Below, piece by piece: positions 57,659 to 64,000 of a DNA stretch of 64,000 bases (position 1 is the first letter of the stretch; the number at the start of each line of letters is the position of its first letter). Origin of the DNA: Anthoceros angustus (taxonomy: Eukaryota > Plantae > Anthocerotophyta); NCBI GenBank assembly GCA_010909165.1, contig VJWM01000182.1, forward strand, positions 248,001-312,000, written 5' to 3'. The translations under genes and the position numbers were made by a program. Below the pieces are notes generated by a model. The model was not told the origin of the DNA. It ran no database searches and saw only the letters and a program-made list of their open reading frames with translations.

Positions 57659-59887
57659 TTAGCTTATTGTTGGACATGCACCCGACCACGAGGGCAGAGT
57701 CTCACGTTGTTGAGCTTTCCAAGTGGCTATGTTGCTGTGAAGTAAGTCGGGACGATCCGTGACAAGTAGATCGCAACCTAAGTCTAAACACTCCAGCTGC
57801 ACAGCCCGACCACGAAAGTATGAGAGCAGTTGGTTAGCATCTCCTACTGCTGGAGTCGTGAACATGCATTTCCAAGGTGATTTTACCTGTCCAATGTCTG
57901 TGTCCAGATGATCCCCGAAAACGGCCATGAGCCGCTGCACATGGTATGGATCAAAAGTTAATCAGAAGGCTGACATGAAGGTCGTAAGTATTGCACACGT
58001 TTGAACAGTTCTCACCTGTCTCTTTTTGAACGCTTTCACGAGTCTCCTATTCAGAACCTACGGGAAATAACATGTCAGACATACTCGGTGTGCAGATCAA
58101 AGTGGCAAACACATGACATATGGCAGGCAATCACCTTGTAACCAAACCGGTGTGCTGTGGTCCCAACAATCTCGAATTGCATTGGCACGAGCCACAGCAA
58201 CCCACAAAGGTGGAGGACGTACCTGCAAAGAAGTTTCCACTTTGCTGTTAACTTTCTTGTGGTTCATCGTATTACAACTCTCACTGCCAGTCCCATGTTT
58301 TGGGAAAGCTTAAACCAACCTCATGCTCAAATCCTACTTACATGAATATCATAGAATTCACATCGGGTGAAGTTGGAACTCCAGAGGGCTTCAGTCTCTG
58401 AACCTGCAGATTGCACAACACAGCACCAGACCATTAGCCCATACTCAAAGAACAAAAAGAGACGGAATGACCTATTCCAACATCATCCATCCTCGACTTA
58501 CCTCTCTATTTGCTTCAGGTGGAATAGCACCCAAAATGACTCGATCCATGAGCTGGTATTTCTCCACGGTCTGTAGGAATCTGCTAGTCAAATTAGCATT
58601 ACTTACAGGCTGCTTTTGAAAGCTTACAGTCTACACCAAAATGCATTAAAAAAAACACTCAAGCATGGTCATTGTATGAAGTAAGTCGAGTCATTGCTGA
58701 GCTTAAATTGATTCACGAACAAATACCAGCATACATTTATGGTGCCAGTCACGTACTCAGCAAATTGAATGCTGCTCACCTGGAGAGTGTCTGCAACAGC
58801 ATCCGCGTCCTTAAAGTCCAGGTAAAAGACCAGATCGTCAACTGCAGCAAACTCGGAGAAGACCTGAAACAAAAGGATCAACATTCACTTCTTTTTGTAC
58901 ATTAGCGTTGTGCATACTGAATACATTTTCATACGAAAGATAGAACTCAACCTCAGTCAACGTTGGAACCAGGTGGCCTTGGCCACGATAGGGATAAGTG
59001 ATACCGCCGTCCAGAGTGAACCAGTAAGCTGCATCAAGGCTCCTGCAAATAGAGCCAGTTGAGGTTATGGGAAACGCCTAACAGAGCAACAGCACCGGCA
59101 AAGTGAAGCACAAGGTGGCCAAATAAAGGCACCCAGAAACTTGAGGGTAAACCTTTCACCTTATCTCATCAAGGTTCAGGTCGGAGACCAAGCCAGCACC
59201 GTCTGTTGTGGCATTGACGGTCAAATTGTGCATAATAACCTGGAGAGCAAAACGTGCATCACTGCCTTAGCCACAAGATACAACCTTATAAGAGGGCAGC
59301 CAGCAATCAGACAAGCAAATAGGCCAGAAGTGGAGACCACTCATACTCAAGTAAAGGGCCACTCAAGAACTAAAGAACGCTGTACCAAATGGTCATCTTT
59401 CGTTTTCTGGATGTCAAACTCCAGCATTTGCGTCTGCCGTTTCACACCCTTGTCGTCCACGAAGTGCACCGCATTTCTCAACGCCATCATCGTGTTCTCG
59501 GGATGAACTTTCGATCCACCTCTGCGATCGCAAAACCATTCCCGAACATGAACCTTACATGGCCAGGCAGAGGTACAGCTGACAATCACTGACCGCTTGA
59601 TTAGGTCACTCGCATTCAGAAGCTCCATAACAAGAGGACATGGCGCAGTATCTGGAAATGAAGACACCTACAGACGCCCGGTCCTTCCAAAATCTGGCGA
59701 ACACAACAATCTGGAGCCTCAAGATCGAAATGTACCTGTGACTGGCATGGACTGGATACTTGAGCCGGCTAAGCACAGGAGCATCTGTAACCAGAATGTC
59801 TTTACGGATGTAATTCTCATACACGTGCTTGAAGGTGAGAAACAGAGCGATCCCTGCCCCGACAGCAGCCGTCATGGTCGCTCCCAT
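57659..59887 (-). CDS. Glycerophosphodiester phosphodiesterase (GDPD domain) with N-terminal membrane anchor, about 11 exons
   Basis: Reconstructed splicing: HASH|RGGSKVHPENTMMA, LEFDIQKTKDDHL|VIMHN, SLDAAYWFTLDGGITYPYRGQGHLVPTLTE|VF, YLDFK, CLDLGCDLLVTDRPDLL. Confidence 0.88.
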
Positions 59888-60651
59888 CTTGTGGCACTCC
59901 TTCTTGCGGCCCTCCCTCCGTTTTCCTCAGTGTCCCCGCGGAACTGATGTTGAAAAACCTGAGTCAGGACAAACAGACCAACATCACAACACACAAACTT
60001 AGGACAACGAGTCCTCAAAATCATTCACAGTGCCATGCGTCCTAGGCCTTTACACGTTATATAGGGATGTGAGCTCGGAGTGAGTGTTCCATGATCCTGA
60101 AGCACAGCACCCTGCTATCCTAGAATAGTACTTGGAACAACCAAGAACTGGAGTCATGGTCGGGTGGACCACCAAGACAGTCTAAAAATCGGGACCGAAA
60201 ACATTAAATTATGCACCCAGACGACAGTTTCTTTTAGCGGAATAACGAAGACGTCATCACTGGGACAAAGTCTTTAAACGGCGGCCAATGTACTCCGCAA
60301 TCCGAGCCATGGGAGGTGGTCTTTAACCTGTTCCTTTACAAAAGAATACACACAATTTCCGGCTATTAGCCAGCATTGGGGCCCCATCACAAGTCCATTT
60401 GGTTGAAGGACTGAGAGAGACGGTGAAATCCATGAGCTCAACCATAGGGGCTCGTCTTTGACATCATCCTTGTGTGGATGTGTACACCACATGTTCAAAA
60501 GGAACTGATGAACGTGAATGTCTACACTAGAAGTTCACAAGGAGCTGTGTGTGTATGTGAATGTGTACACTGGTACGAGTTCACAAGGAACTGTTTATGT
60601 AGACAGCTTATGTACAACAATTGTGCATGACTTGGGTCCGGACTTGAGGTT

Positions 60652-61785
60652 CTAAGCGGCTATGACAGTTTCTCCAGAAAGTGGCAGATTTTCGTGGGAC
60701 CATTGATTTAGACCGTCCTTCAAGTGAAAGACATTTGAAAAGCCTGCTTGCTGAAGCTCATAGATGGCTTTGAGAGATCTGCAAGAGAGGGGGGCCAATA
60801 TCAAGAAGGGATCCCTCGTTGTTACATTCTCCCAGCACAGCACAGTGTACCTGGATTGGCGACCAAACATCCGTTCTGGGTCGTTAAACTTCTTAGCTTT
60901 GGGGCCCTTCCTCTCCACATACGTCAACAGAGTGCCGCCAATGTCGCAAATGACAACCAACTTCTTGTTCTTGTCACCGCCCACTGCTTCCAGTGCTTGT
61001 TGTATGAATTCAGGGTTTCTCTCTGAGATGTGTGTTCAGAAGTGAGTGCCACTGCTGGCTACGGTGAAGTTGAAGGTGCAATGTGAGAGGAGAGGTGCGC
61101 ACCTGTGCCGGCGAAATTGGTGATGAGAGCGTAGCCAAGCCTTCTGCACTCCAACATCATGTCATCATCCAAGGATTGAGTGAGACGGCGAAATCCATGA
61201 GCGCCAAGTGCAGCATCACACTGACTGGCTACCTAAGGTTGGCTTTGAGGTCATCTCCTTGTATGAGCCGGAAGAGTGGTGCACTGTAAGCACCCTCCGC
61301 ATGAACCTGCAGAATGATACACCACAGTGGCCAGTTATGGTAGCAGCATCAGCATTCATGACAGGAGTAGGAGCTGCTTGCAAGCTGGTGGCTGACCTCT
61401 GCGTACGCTTCGGGCTCTCGGACATCCAGAAGCACAGCTTCGCCCGCTGCCACCAAGGCAGCAACCTGCGAGCAATCCAGGCTCTGGACGTTCCTCTCTG
61501 TCAGGACTCTATGCACCTCTGCAACCACCACGATGGGCGCACTTGAAATCAGGAACCCACCCAACCCAACATGCCATTCCCGTAGCACATGATCCAGAGA
61601 GAAGAAGAAAGCGACGAACCAACCCACGCAGTGTACTTGAAGGAGTCATCAAACCAGGATCCCACGAACCCGCGCCTCGCAGCTACATCCTCCTTGAACT
61701 TGCTGAGCTTGGCCTCCATGGTGTGCTCCGCCACGAACTTCTTGTAGAACCAACTCTGCTCCTGCAGCTGCTGCTGCTCAGACTT

Positions 61786-61817
<32 letters not shown>

Positions 61818-61977
61818 CCGCCCTTGGGCGCAGCAGCACGCCATCGCAACATGGATTGCTGCTGGTTCCACAAAGCTGACGAGACTTGAACGCTAATAGC
61901 TGGGTGGAGGAGTGGTTGAAGGAACAGAAGGAGGTGAGGCGAAAATGCGAAGAAGGGGGAGCGAGGCAAGAAGCCAT
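60652..61977 (-). CDS. Chloroplast rhodanese-like domain protein (STR14-related), multi-exon, polyQ in the N-terminal region
   Basis: Transit peptide, polyQ, VLLDVREPE, VVICDIGGTL..GRQSR|SLKAIYELQQAGFSNVFHLKDGLNQW. Confidence 0.85.
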
Positions 61978-62724
61978 GGCAACCGATCGCACCCTCTCTC
62001 ACGCCGCTTCTACCTTCCACACACACACACACAATTTGATGGGTGCAGCAAGCTCGGTCGCCTGTTTGCGAAAATATCCACTTGGCATTGTTGTGGGCCA
62101 CAAGTACGTCCTACTAAGTGGTTTGGCATCGCCAAGACGAGATACAGGGGCTCCCGAATTGGTCCACGTCCATCGAGAGACCATCCCTGCCATGACAAGC
62201 TCACCAAGCTAGCCGTGCACATGTCCACCTTCCTCTCAGTCCCGGCTTCGAAGAGAGACGTCTCAGAAGGGTGATGAAACTGCTTCCAAGTCCAAGGGTT
62301 TCCCCACGAAAAGCGCTGGCCCCATGTAGGATACAGGTGCGGTGGGCGGAGAAACCTCAAAGGGGTTCGACCCACAGTTGTGACCGAAGAGCGCTTGCAC
62401 CACAGCTGGACGGAATTCCGGAGCTGCAGGCATGGCTTGTGAGGGCTACCTGTATGGCAACAGCCGACTGCATTCTCGCATCAGGCTGGCTGCGATGCAA
62501 ATCAGGGACTGGCAAATTCCAAACGTTACCCCGTGACGAGGCCATGATTGTTTACAACAGGTAGCCCCACAGGGCATGGTGATGGGTGGCACCCACCCAC
62601 CAAGCACTGATCCGTCCCAAGGACGCTAAACTGTAGAGTTCCATGCAACTCGTGTCCGGATGGGAGGACAACACTCTCCCTCGACCTCGACGCATGGCTT
62701 TGAACACATCCACGTCCGACTCAG

Positions 62725-63593
62725 TTATGAGACCTCGGGAGGCAAAGAAGTGGAGAAGGACCAGGCGTAGACGAAATTGTTCTCCGCGTTCAAACCGGTG
62801 GCAGCCGAGAATCCCACATACGAGAGCGGGTTGATGATGCTGAGCAGATCGAGGTAGTAGGAGAAGAGGAACGTTTTCTGCGCGGACCCCTTAGCGGCAT
62901 ACACCGTCACGAGATGCCGGAATGCGTCGTAATCCACCCACACGGTCGCCTGCTGCGGGGGGAGAATGAACTTGTCTATGACGATACCTGAGACGTCCGC
63001 CGTGATCTCGGACACAATGCTGTTGACATCCAGCCCGATGTGGGGTACGAATCCGGGGTCCCACGCGTTCTGGAAGGTGTCGATCTCCACCGCAACCGTG
63101 CGGATAGCGGGGTCCCCGTTGGGGTAGTCCTCGGAGAAGATCCCGATGTGGCCCCCGACGGCCGAGGCATTGACGTAGGGCGTGGGCGCGATGACAAACG
63201 CCAGCCCGTCGGCAGTTCCGGAGACATTCGACCCGCCAGGCGGCGCCTGGATGGCGAATGTGAAGTTGGTGGAGAAGGAGACGGGCGTGCCGGTGCTGGG
63301 ATCCAGGAAGGGGACGGAATCGTTGTAGAATGCACCCGCCGTGGTGTTCCGGTCTGGCCCCACGAGCGACACGAAGTTGGTTGCGTAGAAGGCCTTCTCG
63401 CTCAAGGTGATGGGCGAATCGGGGCTCCACTCGCTGACGCTGAAGCTCACGAGTTGTCCCGGCAGACCGCTGTCGCCGCCGACTGTCCACACAGCGGTGA
63501 GGAGCAGAGCCAGGCGTGCAGCAGCGACAGCGCCAGGGGAGTGTAGCCCACACTGGCGTGACCGGTACGAGGTCGAGTCGAGGAGGAAGCCAT
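62725..63593 (-). CDS. Legume (L-type) lectin without kinase, GC-rich; the nearest ATG is out of frame with the lectin domain
   Basis: FSTNFTFAI, ADGLAFVIAP, GGHIGIF, VAVEIDTFQNAWDP, HIGLDVNSIVS, VWVDYD, YVGFSAATG, YAWSF. ORF 62725-63492 has no in-frame ATG before the upstream TAG. Confidence 0.85.
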
Positions 63594-63799
63594 GGCTGGG
63601 CTGCTTGGGCTGCTGGTGCCGCCGCCGAGGCTGAGGGGCCTTGGCTGATGACTCTGTGTGCCATTGTATTGCATGCCATTGCTAGATATATAGTGCGGAC
63701 TCGGATCCCTGCCGGGAATCCGATGGGTGTCAGTCAAGGAGGGGATTGATTGGCCAAGTATCCTAGATAGAAGAAAAATGGTACAGTAATAAATTATGA

Positions 63800-63800
<1 letters not shown>

Positions 63801-63869
<69 letters not shown>

Positions 63870-63917
63870 GTTATTGTTATTGTTATTGTTATTGTTATTA
63901 TTATTATTATTATTATA
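63801..63917. repeat. (ATT)n/(GTT) microsatellite, about 39 units
   Basis: Direct inspection: attattatt... with interspersed gtt units. Confidence 0.98.
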
Positions 63918-64000
63918 TGAAATGGGTTTCAAAGGACATCTAAAACTACCCCTTAACCACCGCGGTATGTGTGACCTTGTTTTTTTCGGTTGTATTGTAC

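Noticed and set aside
63447-63932. Poly-Asn ORF
   Set aside because: Translation of the (AAT)n microsatellite.
1-64000. tRNA, rRNA or telomeric arrays
   Set aside because: None recognised by eye; only isolated telo-box-like motifs (for example near 25232, 29177 and 44902).

Overview
Gene-dense nuclear DNA of a land plant, about 21 protein-coding genes in 64 kb with mostly short GT-AG introns. The compact layout suggests a seed-free lineage such as a hornwort or Selaginella; that assignment is inference only. Recognisable genes in order: a convergent pair of ALDH2 paralogs, a multi-exon coiled-coil gene, a 1226-codon disordered ORF, prolyl 4-hydroxylase, an intronless GnTI, peroxisomal AIM1/MFP, a plastid bPH_2-type protein, an At2g41150-like type II membrane protein, RPA-interacting protein, GAR1, a polyamine transporter, CER3/WAX2-like, FYVE-ankyrin, a frameshifted polyproline/repeat protein, annexin, PAB, ASCC2, MED31, a GDPD, a rhodanese and a legume-type lectin. 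Two repeat-rich islands (14.5-17.8 kb and 33.3-39 kb) hold CRE-like restriction-endonuclease non-LTR retroelement relics and nested tandem or direct repeats. The most notable observations are four: (1) the second ALDH2 has Tyr in place of the catalytic Cys; (2) an 11-exon GDPD carries motifs I associate with the bacterial ScUgpQ2-like subfamily; (3) the GnTI is intronless and sits beside a retroelement relic; (4) an unassigned polyproline/repeat protein gene is broken by several frameshifts. I found no tRNA, rRNA or CRISPR array and no clearly complete novel multi-gene system. Exon boundaries were read by eye and family calls come from recalled motifs, not database searches.
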